A DNA stretch of 64,000 bases from Octopus bimaculoides (taxonomy: Eukaryota). Position 1 is the first letter of the stretch, and every line of letters starts with the position of its first letter. Location of the stretch: NCBI RefSeq assembly GCF_001194135.2, contig NC_068998.1, positions 52,046,825 to 52,110,824 on the forward strand, read 5' to 3'. Made by a program: the position numbers and the translations under genes. Of this stretch, positions 27,292 through 37,404 are shown in pieces. Below the pieces are notes generated by a model that worked only from the letters and a program-made list of their open reading frames with translations, had not been told where the DNA came from and searched no databases.

Positions 27292-30200
27292 TGTATTTGT
27301 CCTTCAAATAAACACCTTCCTTTGAACTATGTAGTTCTATCTATTTAAAAAAAGCTGTAACATCTATCAAGCTGCTTGTCTCTCTCTATATTTCACTCAA
27401 TGACAGTCACAAGACTTGCCTTAAGTAACATGTAAGATAATTTACATGCCCTAATGTATTTGGGAGATGATTACTATAACTGATGCAATTATTTTAACAT
27501 TTATTTTTTCTTGTGGTGACAAACAATGTCAAACAACATTTTTTCTTTCAAATTCTTCATTAAATGGTACATGTTCGTAAATAGTAATTCATCCCACAGT
27601 ACTTTGTCTCTTGTGGATCTCAGTGCTCTTATCCACAAGGCCAAGGTTCTTAACAGTGTACAGATATGTTGCTGCTGCTGTTATTTATTCCCCAGGCCTA
27701 ACTGTTGTGTTTGGTATTTTGATTATGTATTTGCCTGAGTTTTTTTAATCTCTTCCAAGGCACCTTTTAACACAGTAATTATTTCCATTTCCAATCCATG
27801 GAGGACTCTATCATACATGTATTCATGTATGTTATTTATATAATTTTTTTTTATCTCATTCTTCTGTTTTCTTCTTTCTCATCCCATTTTATGTAAATGT
27901 CCACACTATTTTTTAAGATCTTCTCTATCTCTCATTCATCCCACACCCCTGTGGCAAATAAAAGAAACTGTAATTATTTTAATTAAGGCATCAAGCTGGC
28001 AGAATCATTAGCATGCTGGGCAAAATGCTTAGCAGCATTTCTTTTTATTCTTTACATTCCGGGTTCAAATACCACCAGGGTTGGCTTTGCTTGTCATCCT
28101 TTAAGGGTTGATAAAAATAAGTACCAGTTGTAAACTAGGGTCTGTGGTATCAACAAACAACCTCCTTCTAAAATTGCTGATCTTGTGCCAAAATTTGATG
28201 CCATTATTATTAGAACTGTTGTTATGTCTGTGTCAGGAAAAAATGCAGACATTTTTTTATTAAGTCTAGAGAATGGTTTATATGTTCAAAAGAACTAGTG
28301 AAACCATTAATGAATTTCTTACCTTAGAGACCACATACTTCGTCTTTCACATAACGACATTACTATTAATTTGTAATTCTGACAGTAAACGTCAGCCACT
28401 GAAAATGGTTGGTGACAATGATGTATAAGCGTAGTCACTTGGACACTTGAAAATGACAGCTTTTTTTCTTTTATGTAGAACATTTTAACACATTTTACTG
28501 GTCCACTGAATGGTTAATTGATAATTAGATAATTAGATAAAATTGATTTTAAAAAATGATGGTGCTGGCTTGGCTGTGTAGTTAAGTTGCTTGCTTCCCA
28601 ACCGTATGGTTTGGGGTTCATTCCCAGTGTATGGCACCTTAAGCAAGAGTCTTCTACTGACAAAAACTTTGTGAATGGATTTGGTCGATGGAAATTGAAA
28701 GATGTCCTTTGTTTATTTTTTAGTGTATACGCTTGCCTTGACATCATGTGTTGTTTGTAAATATGCTTCATCATGCAAGTGATGTTGTTTGTTTCTTGTC
28801 TTCTTAATTGGAAACAGGTAAGGGTTAATGACAAAGAGAGCATCCAGCCTAAATATTCTATCGGTTTAATGATGAGACTAGCCAGATCCAGTTTTTCACA
28901 CCTACTATACAATGCCATTCTTAAAATAAACAACCACATATCAAAATGTTGAAGCTACAAGATGATGCATGATTATTTAAAAACAATGTGTACTAATAAG
29001 CGTTAAATTTGACAGAATCATCTAAAAGCTAAAGGGTTAATGAATTTCATCTAACCCATGTAATCATGGAAAAGTAGATGTTAAAAATGATGATGATATC
29101 AATAGAAACATAGAAGTACTGCATGCCATTAGGTTAAATTGAGATGTAAAAAGAAATACATATAAGTTTACCTTACATACCATATATTGTAAAGACATTG
29201 TTCTTACAATTACAAAAATATTATAATAACACTGAAAGACGATATGCATTTATCAATTATTGCAGTTCCTTTATCATAACATTCAGACTAAAACAAATTC
29301 CATTATTTACTCTTTACAAATATTTTCCTTGTTTTCCATCATTATTCATCAGTATATTAAAATTGTTCTTATTCCTCTTCATGCTTAAAGCAACAGAATA
29401 CTAATTCCTCTTAAACTAATCTACACTTTTTAATTCTTTCCTCTCATTTTTCCCGTTTCCCACTCTGAGCAGTGTGATGCACACCTCATCCTTCTACTCA
29501 CTTTCATTTTATTTTCTATATTGCACATTCTCCATTTATTATTTAACAGCTTCCTACATCCACACAGTCATTTGCTTGATAGCAAATACACATTACTAAT
29601 TATTATTTTAAGATTATTATTGTTTCATTGTTGTTGTTATTGTTGCTATGACAGGAAAAACTATTAAGTCCTTTGATAATTTATTTAAACAAACTTTCAA
29701 GTACAAATTAAAAACACTGATTGAACTGAAAGAGCAGTTTGATGCAAGGCTAGAACGTTGTCTGGCTTTTGACAACATAATGTTCAAAAATAATTTTTGC
29801 AATGATTATCATGACACCTTTGGCAAAGAACATAACTTGTCTTTGCTTCAATGAACTGAGCTAAAATATAGGCATTTACATTCTTAATTTGCAATTATAA
29901 ACTGCACCCATCTTCAAAAAAGCAAAAACTACACTTCCAAAATTCTGTGTGAAATACTGCAAAGAATCCTATAGGAAATTTTTAAAATTGATATTTTTTT
30001 TTTAATCCAATATTTTTTCTTGTTTTTTTTTTATATATTTTAATGGTTTTTGCCAAAAAAAAGGATTGGCAACCCTTATGACCTTTTTTTCCAAGAACTC
30101 TAAGACTGGTGAAGGAAAGGGAAGAAGCTACTACCATTTATGGGTTGCTGTAGTAGGAAACAGAATCAACATAATGATAGAGTGCAATCTTACATAAATA

Positions 30201-32103
30201 GCATACTACAAAGAAAATCGTCAGTTAACTAGCACTATCCATGCAATTAGGAATTAAAACCGTTCTGAAGGTGCTGAAGATCTAAAAATAACAAGCGAGA
30301 GAGATAACACCATTTAGATCAATTATGGATGTGTGATAAGGAACTTGCTTCCCAAGCACATGCTTTCAGGTTCAGTGCCACTGTGTGGCACCTTGGGCAA
30401 GAGGTCTTCTATTATAGCCCTAGGCTGACCAAAGTGCTGTGAGTAGGTTTGGTAGACAGAACTGTGTGGAAGCCCATGGTATTTAAAACTAAAGTGTTCA
30501 CACTTACAGGACACAAATTAGTAACCGTAGTAACTACTGTAATTGTTGAGTATATAAATGGATTAGCTGCTTGTTTCTCTGGGATTGGTCAAAATGATGG
30601 AGAATCCAATAAGATTCAAAAATCAATTAAGGATTATTCATTTTTGTTCAATCTACAGAGAAACAGCTTAATTTACCCTATCTATATAGGTTCTATATAG
30701 ATTACCTGTCTTTATGTTTGTTCCCCACCACCACTTGACAACTAGTGTTGGTTTGTTTACGCTCCCCTAACTTAGTGGTTCAACAAAAGAGTGCAATAGA
30801 ATAAGTGTCTGGTTTTAAAATAAGTACTGGGGTTGATTTTCTCAACTAAACCATTTAAGGTGGTGGCCCAGCAAGGCTGCTGTCCAATGATTGAAACAAG
30901 TAAAAGATAAAAAAATATAGAAAATGCTGTTTGGGATACAACGGGTCTATTGGAATAAAACAGCTCTTTAATGATGGCTGTTGAAAGCAACTGCTTGTTT
31001 CGGTTTTATTTGAATTCCTCAACATATTTAATTTGTCATCTCAGACAGAAGATCCAGATTCTTGTAATAGAGTGGAATCTGTTAAATAATACACCTTCGT
31101 CAGATAATTAATTAGGTCTATCACCCGATTATTCCGGCTCATCACCAATTCTTTTCCCCCTTTTTTCTTTTTTCTTTTTACAAAAAGATAATTTAAAGTT
31201 TATCTTTCTTTCAGTTGCATGTCCTTCACCAAGATGGTGCCAACTTTTTAACTCAGGATGAATATGGAATGACTGCTCTCCACCATGCTGCTAGTAATGG
31301 CCAAAAAGATATTGTGAAGTACCTCATAGAAAATGGTGAGTAACTGTTGTTTACCACAATTTATATCATACATACTTCCGTCCTTGGTTGTCGCTGTATT
31401 TTTTGGTATACAAGCTGATGTATAGGGCAGCGAGCTGGCAGAATCATTAGCACGCCGGGTGAAATGCCTAGTGGTATTTCGTCTGCCATTACGTTCTGAG
31501 TTCAAATTCCGCTGAGGTCAACTTTGCCTTTCATCCTTTCAGGGTTGATTAAATAAGTACCAGTTATGCACATGGGTCGATGTAATCGACTTAATCTCTT
31601 TGTCTTTCCTTATTTGTTCTTTCTATGTTTAGCCCCTTTTGGCCAATAAAGAAATATATACAAGTTGATGTAATTTATAGTGTAGACTTCTTGTGTAAAT
31701 ATCCAGACATTGTCACTATGTTTCCAAATCCTGCTGCATTCCACATGGAATTTTTGGTCCTCTAAAGTCAACTTGATGTATAAGTTGACTAAGCTATTTG
31801 GCTATAAATTGTGGGCTGGAAAATTCAATTTGTATGCCAGAAAGTATGGTATACATATATATATATATGTGTGTGTGTAGATCGTTGACCAAACACCATT
31901 CAATTTTTTTTCTCCAACTTTTTTTTTCTCCTGTGTTTTTCTCCGTGTTTTTCTCCTTGTTTTCTCCGTATTCTTTCTGCTGAAGAGCGTAGCTCGAAAC
32001 GTTAAAGACTTTCTGTATTCCCGAGCGTCAAACTAATACATCCTTTTGTTGTTTACACCACCTGTCCTCGTCTGTTGTTTTTTGTTTTCGTACATTCTCC
32101 CTC

Positions 32104-32135
<32 letters not shown>

Positions 32136-34454
32136 GATACATACACACATACTCATACACAAATATGCACATGTATACATGCACACATATGCCTACATTC
32201 TCACACACATTTTGTAAAAGCAAAACCATTTCTACCCAGTTAAATGTAATTGGAATATCTTTACGAAACCTTAATTCTATCTTTATTATATTTTTGTTTT
32301 AATTATATTTCAGCCCCACCTGTGATACTAGATGTAGTAGATAATGAAAGGTAGGTATATTTATAGTCATATCAGTATTTATTAAAACTATTAATTAGAA
32401 TGGCTTTACAATATATTGAGGGCAGCGAGCTGGCAGTACCATTAGCACACCGGGTGAAATGCTTAGTGGTATTTCATCTGCTGTTACGTTCTGAGTTCAA
32501 ATTTCGCCGAGGTCAACTTGGCCTTTCATCCTTTTGGGGTCGATTAAATAAGTACCAATTACGCCCTGGGATCGATGTAATCGACTTAATCCCTTTGCCT
32601 GTCCTTGTTTGTCCCCTCTATGTTTAGCCCCTTGTGGGCAATAAAGAAATAAATATATTGTATGTCATTTTGTCTTTTCTTTTCTTTTGTATGCCTTATT
32701 TTATTACCTTTATGTGGTTGATTTGACCTCCTGGACATGGCAGCCAAATCTCTCTCAAATAATACCTTACTATCTTAAAGAAAAGTTAGGACATGTTCGA
32801 CTGTATAGTTCTTGACATAGAAAAAGACAGGATGGTCATGGCTGGAATGCTTCACCAAATGCAAACAAGTACACCAACCTACTATTCTTCAAAATATACT
32901 TCAAAATATACTTCAAAATCCTTTACTTAGAATTAACTTCCTAAATGTATACATATATATATATATATGGTAACACAAAGTTACAAGCAAAAATTATTTT
33001 AAAAGGTTTGTACTCATTAAAATCTGATATACCACAATGCTGCTAATCAGTATATCACATTTCCTGTAACCATGAAAATAATTAAAGGTGTAATTAAAAT
33101 GCTTTTTATACTGTATAGAAGATATCTTTTTTTTTGTTCTTTTTTTGATGTATTTGTTTATTTTTATAATTCCCAGAGGTCAAACTGCTTTGCATAGAGC
33201 TGCCCGCTGCCAGAACCGGGCAATCTGCCAACTGTTAGTTGAAGCAGGAGCCTCACTAACTAAGACAGATTTTCAGGTAAATCAACATTTCTGCATTTCT
33301 CCTGCAATTTTTGTAAGTATTTGATAATTATCTTTGCTATCATTATTTCACTACATATCTACCTTTATGCATGTATTGTAATGTAACCTGTATGTTCTTT
33401 CTCTCTCTCTCACCAATATAACTAATATAAATTTATTTGTTTAACAGGGACAAAGCCCAAGGCAGCAAGCTCTGCTGGCTGATGACATAGAGCTGGCAAA
33501 TTATTTAAAAAGTAAGTATTTCATTTCCATAATTCAAAATATCAATTTAATTCTTTCATATTACTCTGTGTGTATGTATATATATGGGAGAATTTACGAA
33601 AAAAACAACAGATGAAGACAGGTGGTATAAACAACAAATGGATTTGCAGATGTGGAAGAGGTGAATAAAGCAATGACAGAGGCATTAAAGCCATCACTCT
33701 GCAAGAGTTCAAGAGTTCTGGGACTGCTTCAAACAGTGGGAAATGCATTTGGACAGATGCATTGCTTCAAATGGAGAATATGTTGAAGGTGATAAAAGTG
33801 TAAACATGTAAAACTGAGTAAAATAACTTTGCAAAATTCTAGTTTCTTATGGGTACCCTCTCATATACAACAGGCTTCTTTCAGTTTCCATCTACCAAAT
33901 CCACTCACTCCAGCCTTAGGCTATAGCAGAAGACACTTGCCCATGGTGATATAATGTGGGACTGAACCAACAACCATGCGGTTGAGAAACAAGCTTCTTA
34001 CCACACATGCATCTATTGAATGTTTTTGAAGTATAACTAATTGGCTAGGTCAATGAACTGAGCTTGTTTTATTATTTTCTTTTATTATTGTCACTGAAAT
34101 AAGTATAATTGAACCTTTCTGCTATGCCTTTGGTTATAACACCAATTTACATGTTATTAACTTTGCAAAATTGCCTTATCTTTACATATAGTGTGTGTGT
34201 GTGTGTGTGTGTGTGTGATTGTGTGCGTGTGAGTGTGTGTGTATGAGTGAGTGTGTGTGTGTGTGTGTGTGAAATTCATGAAAAAAAATTGTTAACTATA
34301 AAAAGATATAGTTTATTGATTTTGGATAACAATCATTTCTGTAATGTATTTTTATCTCTTAAAAATATCAAATTTTATTTACAGTGCATTTTAATTAAAT
34401 TTATGATTCTGTCTCACACACACACACATACATATATGTATATATATAATATAC

Positions 34455-34530
<76 letters not shown>

Positions 34531-35222
34531 TATGCACATATCATTTCATATCTGATAGTTGTCTTCTACTGTGTTGGTGTCTGAACCACAACTTGTATGC
34601 AATAAGCTCATTTCTAAACAAATTATGTTATTTAATACTCTATTTACTGATAGCTGTATAAATGTGTTATGCAAACTCAATAAAGAAAATTTAACCTTAA
34701 AAGTTAAGCAGAAACACCCATCTCTGGGTGGTAGGGCTCTGTGCAAGTTGATCCTTCAAGACTAAAGCCCTGCAATGGCGCACATTATTGCCTGATGATC
34801 GCTTAAGCTTACGAGTGCCTGATGTGTGGAGCTTTTAACTGCTACCACTTGCATCTGCTAATTGTTTGCATGTATACTATGCAGAATTATTAGTTCATGC
34901 AATGTATGAATGGAGAGAATTATCAAAGCACCTGGCAAAAATATTGTGTAGCAGTAGTTTTGCTGTCTTACGTTCTGGTTTCAAATTCTGCATTGTTTTA
35001 CTATCCTTCATCATGGGGTCTGTATTCTAAATTTGAACAAGGAATTGGATTCAATCACATAAACACTTATATGCTTTCTCAAGATATTTGTGATATTCTA
35101 CCTTGCTTATTTCATTTTTATAATTATTTTATTGAATTCTAATTATTTTCTTCACTACGTGTTTTACAGGTAAAGAGCATTTCCAGCTCGTGGTTTCTGA
35201 AGACCAAGAAACTGCTGTTTAG
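2426..35222 (+). CDS. DGKZ/DGKI: Diacylglycerol kinase type IV (zeta/iota, rdgA-like), 3' part; 12 exons: 2426-2622, 12723-12820, 16134-16213, 18422-18476, 21679-21928, 25962-26038, 26707-26744, 31215-31335, 32314-32350, 33177-33276, 33448-33511, 35170-35222
   Basis: All introns are GT..AG and phases chain 2,1,0,1,2,1,0,1,2,0,1. Total 1170 nt is open to TAG. The translation carries motifs recognisable from vertebrate DGKZ/DGKI: [48 protein letters not shown], ankyrin repeats, terminal EDQETAV. Confidence 0.96.
3050..3223 (+). mobile_element. Family C
   Basis: gtaaaaagcacc..aagggcatccag..caacccacgccagcatgaaaaacagatgttaaatgatgatgatga. Confidence 0.85.
6525..6715 (+). mobile_element. Family C
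   Basis: Same motifs and (GAT)n tail. Confidence 0.8.
7372..7587 (+). mobile_element. tRNA-derived SINE family A
   Basis: ggcggtgaactgccagaaacgttagc head, gttgactttccctttcatcctttcaggatcaataaattaagtaccag core; many copies in the window. Confidence 0.85.
10031..10685 (-). mobile_element. Mariner transposon remnant, internally deleted and 5'-truncated
   Basis: Minus strand reads [44 protein letters not shown], then [57 protein letters not shown]-like end TA-TTGAGTCATTCCATAAATAATGC is at 10031. Confidence 0.92.
11995..12191 (+). mobile_element. Family C
   Basis: ataaaagcaccc..aaggcatccagctgtagaaacc..caacccatgccagcatggacaacggacactaaatgatgatgatgat. Confidence 0.88.
12448..12600 (-). mobile_element. 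SINE family B
   Basis: ggctatagtagaagacacttgcccaaggtacc..ggactgaatctggaacc. Confidence 0.85.
12723..12820 (+). CDS. DGKZ/DGKI: DGK exon ([32 protein letters not shown])
   Basis: tttctttaacag| and |gtaagt; matches [27 protein letters not shown]. Confidence 0.96.
14353..14556 (+). mobile_element. SINE family A
   Basis: gagctggcagaattgttagc..gagttcaaattcc..actttgcctttc. Confidence 0.85.
15175..15290. repeat. Compound (TAG)n/(GGT)n microsatellite
   Basis: Direct reading; explains the poly-S and poly-L ORFs at 15145-15358. Confidence 0.95.
16134..16213 (+). CDS. DGKZ/DGKI: DGK exon ([27 protein letters not shown])
   Basis: ttttccaacag| and |gtaggt; aligns with DGKZ [25 protein letters not shown]; phases fit. 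Confidence 0.93.
16615..16830 (+). mobile_element. Family C (contains a ccatcagattaac tandem duplication)
   Basis: ggttggcattaggaagggcatccc..aacccatgccagcatgg. Confidence 0.8.
17218..17550 (-). mobile_element. Family C with internal tandem repeats
   Basis: (cat)n-gtttaacgtccgttttccatgctggcatgggttgg..ggatgcccttc; three gtgctttttacatgccaccagca-type units. Confidence 0.9.
17895..18184 (+). mobile_element. tRNA-headed retroposon carrying a degenerate hammerhead-like motif
   Basis: A box TGGCGTAGTGG (17902-17912), B box GAGTTCAATTCC (17945-17956), (AAT)n spacer, CTGATGA..GAAA at 18056-18097; flanked by tgtagatttaata / tgtagatctaata direct repeats. Confidence 0.75.
18422..18476 (+). CDS. DGKZ/DGKI: DGK exon ([18 protein letters not shown])
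   Basis: gctgttttag| and |gtaagt; conserved WCFLD motif. Confidence 0.93.
20810..21290 (+). mobile_element. Degenerate Penelope-like retroelement fragment (RT C-terminus/linker)
   Basis: [39 protein letters not shown] and [25 protein letters not shown] resemble PLE motifs FLD..STxVYxKPTDSHxYL..SHPxH..SIPxSQF and IPLVLTYHP..LQxDP. Stops and frameshifts present. Confidence 0.8.
21361..21506 (+). mobile_element. 5'-truncated second copy of the hammerhead-bearing retroposon
   Basis: aatttccccaagacacctgatgaaggctgg...aaatatagaactgta is colinear with 18040-18184. Confidence 0.85.
21372..21417 (+). ncRNA. Minimal type-I hammerhead ribozyme-like motif
   Basis: GACAC-CTGATGA-A-GGCTG[loop]TAGCT-GAAA-TGTT^GTGTT; stems I and II pair, with GU wobbles. 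Confidence 0.6.
21679..21928 (+). CDS. DGKZ/DGKI: DGK exon ([32 protein letters not shown] plus variable linker)
   Basis: ttccttttag| and |gtaaaa; matches DGKZ [31 protein letters not shown]; lies in ORF 21639..21932. Confidence 0.93.
23543..23700 (-). mobile_element. SINE family B
   Basis: ttctttcagtttcc..gaagacacttgcccaaag..ggaaccatgtggttgg. Confidence 0.85.
25335..25540 (+). mobile_element. SINE family A
   Basis: Same head, B box and core as the other copies. Confidence 0.75.
25962..26038 (+). CDS. DGKZ/DGKI: DGK linker exon ([26 protein letters not shown])
   Basis: cctctttatag| and |gtaagt. The frame is open and supplies the phase 2 to phase 1 bridge needed between exons 21679-21928 and 26707-26744. 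No recognisable homology. Confidence 0.75.
26105..26432 (-). mobile_element. Family C with internal tandem repeats (another degenerate copy at about 49230-49400 +)
   Basis: Same architecture as 17218-17550. Confidence 0.9.
26707..26744 (+). CDS. DGKZ/DGKI: DGK exon, start of ankyrin region ([13 protein letters not shown])
   Basis: tttctttttag| and |gttagt; corresponds to DGKZ ELIEAAKRNDFCK. Confidence 0.88.
27985..28200 (+). mobile_element. SINE family A
   Basis: aagctggcagaatcattagc..gggttcaaatacc..gataaaaataagtaccag. Confidence 0.8.
28565..28710 (+). mobile_element. SINE family B
   Basis: gttgcttgcttcccaaccg..ggcaccttaagcaagagtcttctact. Confidence 0.8.
30322..30478 (+). mobile_element. 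SINE family B (others at about 14790-14915 +, 38275-38430 +, 49470-49560 -)
   Basis: acttgcttcccaagcacatg..ggcaccttgggcaagaggtcttctattatagcc. Confidence 0.85.
31215..31335 (+). CDS. DGKZ/DGKI: DGK ankyrin exon ([40 protein letters not shown])
   Basis: tctttctttcag| and |gtgagt; canonical G-x-T-A-L-H ankyrin motif. Confidence 0.96.
31425..31655 (+). mobile_element. SINE family A, young subfamily (caataaagaaata tail)
   Basis: Near-identical to the copy at 32419-32652. Confidence 0.9.
31972..32008 (+). ncRNA. Minimal type-I hammerhead-like motif with core A6>C substitution
   Basis: TCTTT-CTGCTGA-A-GAGC[GTA]GCTC-GAAA-CGTT^AAAGA; perfect stems I and II, palindromic AACGTT in place of stem III. 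Confidence 0.55.
32314..32350 (+). CDS. DGKZ/DGKI: DGK exon ([13 protein letters not shown])
   Basis: tatttcag| and |gtaggt; matches DGKZ APPEILDAVEEN. Confidence 0.92.
32419..32652 (+). mobile_element. SINE family A, young subfamily
   Basis: ggcagcgagctggcag..gagttcaaatttcgccgaggtcaac..caataaagaaata. Confidence 0.9.
33177..33276 (+). CDS. DGKZ/DGKI: DGK ankyrin exon ([33 protein letters not shown])
   Basis: aattcccag| and |gtaaat; matches DGKI GETALHKAACQRNRAVCQLLVDAGASLRKTD. Confidence 0.97.
33448..33511 (+). CDS. DGKZ/DGKI: DGK exon ([21 protein letters not shown])
   Basis: tttgtttaacag| and |gtaagt; matches DGKZ [21 protein letters not shown]. Confidence 0.94.
33642..33865 (+). mobile_element. 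Mariner transposase 3' remnant with terminal repeat
   Basis: Frameshifted [42 protein letters not shown], followed by a TIR-like ttctagtttcttatgggtaccctctcata. Confidence 0.75.
33868..34008 (-). mobile_element. SINE family B
   Basis: caggcttctttcagtttcc..gaagacacttgccc..gggactgaacc. Confidence 0.8.
35170..35222 (+). CDS. DGKZ/DGKI: DGK terminal coding exon ([17 protein letters not shown]), PDZ-binding C-terminus
   Basis: gtgttttacag| acceptor; ends ETAV-TAG as in human DGKZ (EDQETAV). Confidence 0.96.
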
Positions 35223-35315
35223 AAATGTAAACATTTGTGGCTGGTATGGTTTTGTTCTTACACAGAGAGAAGCTGTAAAAAACCATTATCAAATTAACAA
35301 ATACAACATATTCAT

Positions 35316-35365
<50 letters not shown>

Positions 35366-35839
35366 GTTCCGTCTCTCTCTCTCTTTCTCTCTGTGACTCT
35401 GATGGTTAGAATCAGCTGACATTAGGTAAGCTGCTGGTCACTTGCTGTTGATATAATTACAATAATCTACTGGCTACACGATAACAATGGTGTGACATAC
35501 CATTCTTATAGATATATATATACAATACATGCAACTCATTGCAATTGCTGATTGGTGAATAAGGAAAGTGCTACTCTAAACCTACTAGCTTTTTCATAGA
35601 AAAATAATCCAAAACCAGTTTCTGGAATTATTCCCTATTTAATGCTGAGCTAAACAAACAACTATCATCATTCTGTTTCTTCCCCCAACCTTTAGTAATA
35701 TGCCATGAGTCTGTGATGGCAAAAGCCTTCAAATTTAAACTCTCATTATACACACTTTGACATAACCATTTAGGATGTTTTTTCTTGTATAATCTTCCTA
35801 CAAGATATTTCAGTTTATTATATATAAATAAATAAATAA

Positions 35840-35882
<43 letters not shown>

Positions 35883-36604
35883 NNNNNNNNNNNNNNNNNN
35901 NNNNNNNNNNNNNNNNNNNNNNNNNNNNNNNNNNNNNNNNNNNNNNNNNNNNNNNNNNNNNNNNNNNNNNNNNNNNNNNNNNNNNNNNNNNNNNNNNNNN
36001 NNNNNNNNNNNNNNNNNNNNNNNNNNNNNNNNNNNNNNNNNNNNNNNNNNNNNNNNNNNNNNNNNNNNNNNNNNNNNNNNNNNNNNNNNNNNNNNNNNNN
36101 NNNNNNNNNNNNNNNNNNNNNNNNNNNNNNNNNNNNNNNNNNNNNNNNNNNNNNNNNNNNNNNNNNNNNNNNNNNNNNNNNNNNNNNNNNNNNNNNNNNN
36201 NNNNNNNNNNNNNNNNNNNNNNNNNNNNNNNNNNNNNNNNNNNNNNNNNNNNNNNNNNNNNNNNNNNNNNNNNNNNNNNNNNNNNNNNNNNNNNNNNNNN
36301 NNNNNNNNNNNNNNNNNNNNNNNNNNNNNNNNNNNNNNNNNNNNNNNNNNNNNNNNNNNNNNNNNNNNNNNNNNNNNNNNNNNNNNNNNNNNNNNNNNNN
36401 NNNNNNNNNNNNNNNNNNNNNNNNNNNNNNNNNNNNNNNNNNNNNNNNNNNNNNNNNNNNNNNNNNNNNNNNNNNNNNNNNNNNNNNNNNNNNNNNNNNN
36501 NNNNNNNNNNNNNNNNNNNNNNNNNNNNNNNNNNNNNNNNNNNNNNNNNNNNNNNNNNNNNNNNNNNNNNNNNNNNNNNNNNNNNNNNNNNNNNNNNNNN
36601 NNNN
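35883..36604. other. Assembly gap, largest of ten (others at about 1801-1890, 12326-12418, 20207-20546, 37709-37717, 43783-43851, 49809-49968, 53900-54339, 55485-55681, 56426-56602)
   Basis: Runs of N, most bordered by microsatellites. Confidence 1.
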
Positions 36605-36827
36605 ATATATAGAGAGAGATTAGCATCAGGTCCCGACATTTGTGGTGCTCCCAGGCAACTGAACTGCCTAGTGTGTCCATGCCTTAAGGCAGTACTACTC
36701 AACAATTTATATGCAGCTATATTATCAGATTTATTTCATTCTAAATTTGAACCATCAAACCACTCACTGAGCTGACAGTTGGTACTATATAAATCTGTGA
36801 AGACTTCCACTATTTTCCTGTTACATT

Positions 36828-36863
<36 letters not shown>

Positions 36864-37373
36864 GTACAACTTTTAGTTAAACTTAATAGGTCTCAATCAT
36901 TTCCTACATGTTTGTATTTAATAATAAATATAGAGACATCTAGGTATGTGTCTATGCATCTATAATCAAATATATTAACATAAGAACTGCATACATAATA
37001 TGTGTGAATTTCATTTTCTCCCAAAGAAATATTTAAGAATATTCTTTTCATATTTTAAGTGCAAGCAATAGTATTTTTTTTAAATACATACACATAAAAT
37101 GTTTTTCATATATCTTGGCCATATTTTGACTGATATTCAAACAGCTATCCAAACATTCTCTATTGACAAGTTGATGTTTTACAGTCATCGCATTATTTTT
37201 TAGATCATTTCTTCATGGCATTACTCTTACTAATATATTTGCACACAAAAAAAAATTAATCTATAAAAAGATGTCTTAATATTATGGGAAATTTGATTTT
37301 CAATATCTTTCCTAAAATTTGTTACAACTATCTCTTTCTAACATCTAAAATGTTGTTTTTCCATATAACATTT

Positions 37374-37404
<31 letters not shown>

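Noticed and set aside
30964-31002. [13 protein letters not shown], ankyrin-like peptide as a candidate missing exon
   Set aside because: Wrong phase and poor splice sites; the true exon is 26707-26744.
30988-31110. Minus-strand CTGACGA-A-GGT..ACC-GAAAC hammerhead-like spacing
   Set aside because: Loop of about 100 nt, only 3-bp stem II and no stem I pairing; compatible with chance.
35628-36705. Long ORFs of 350 and 295 aa, and similar ORFs at 20121-20645 and 53786-56690
   Set aside because: Artefacts of N runs translated as X.
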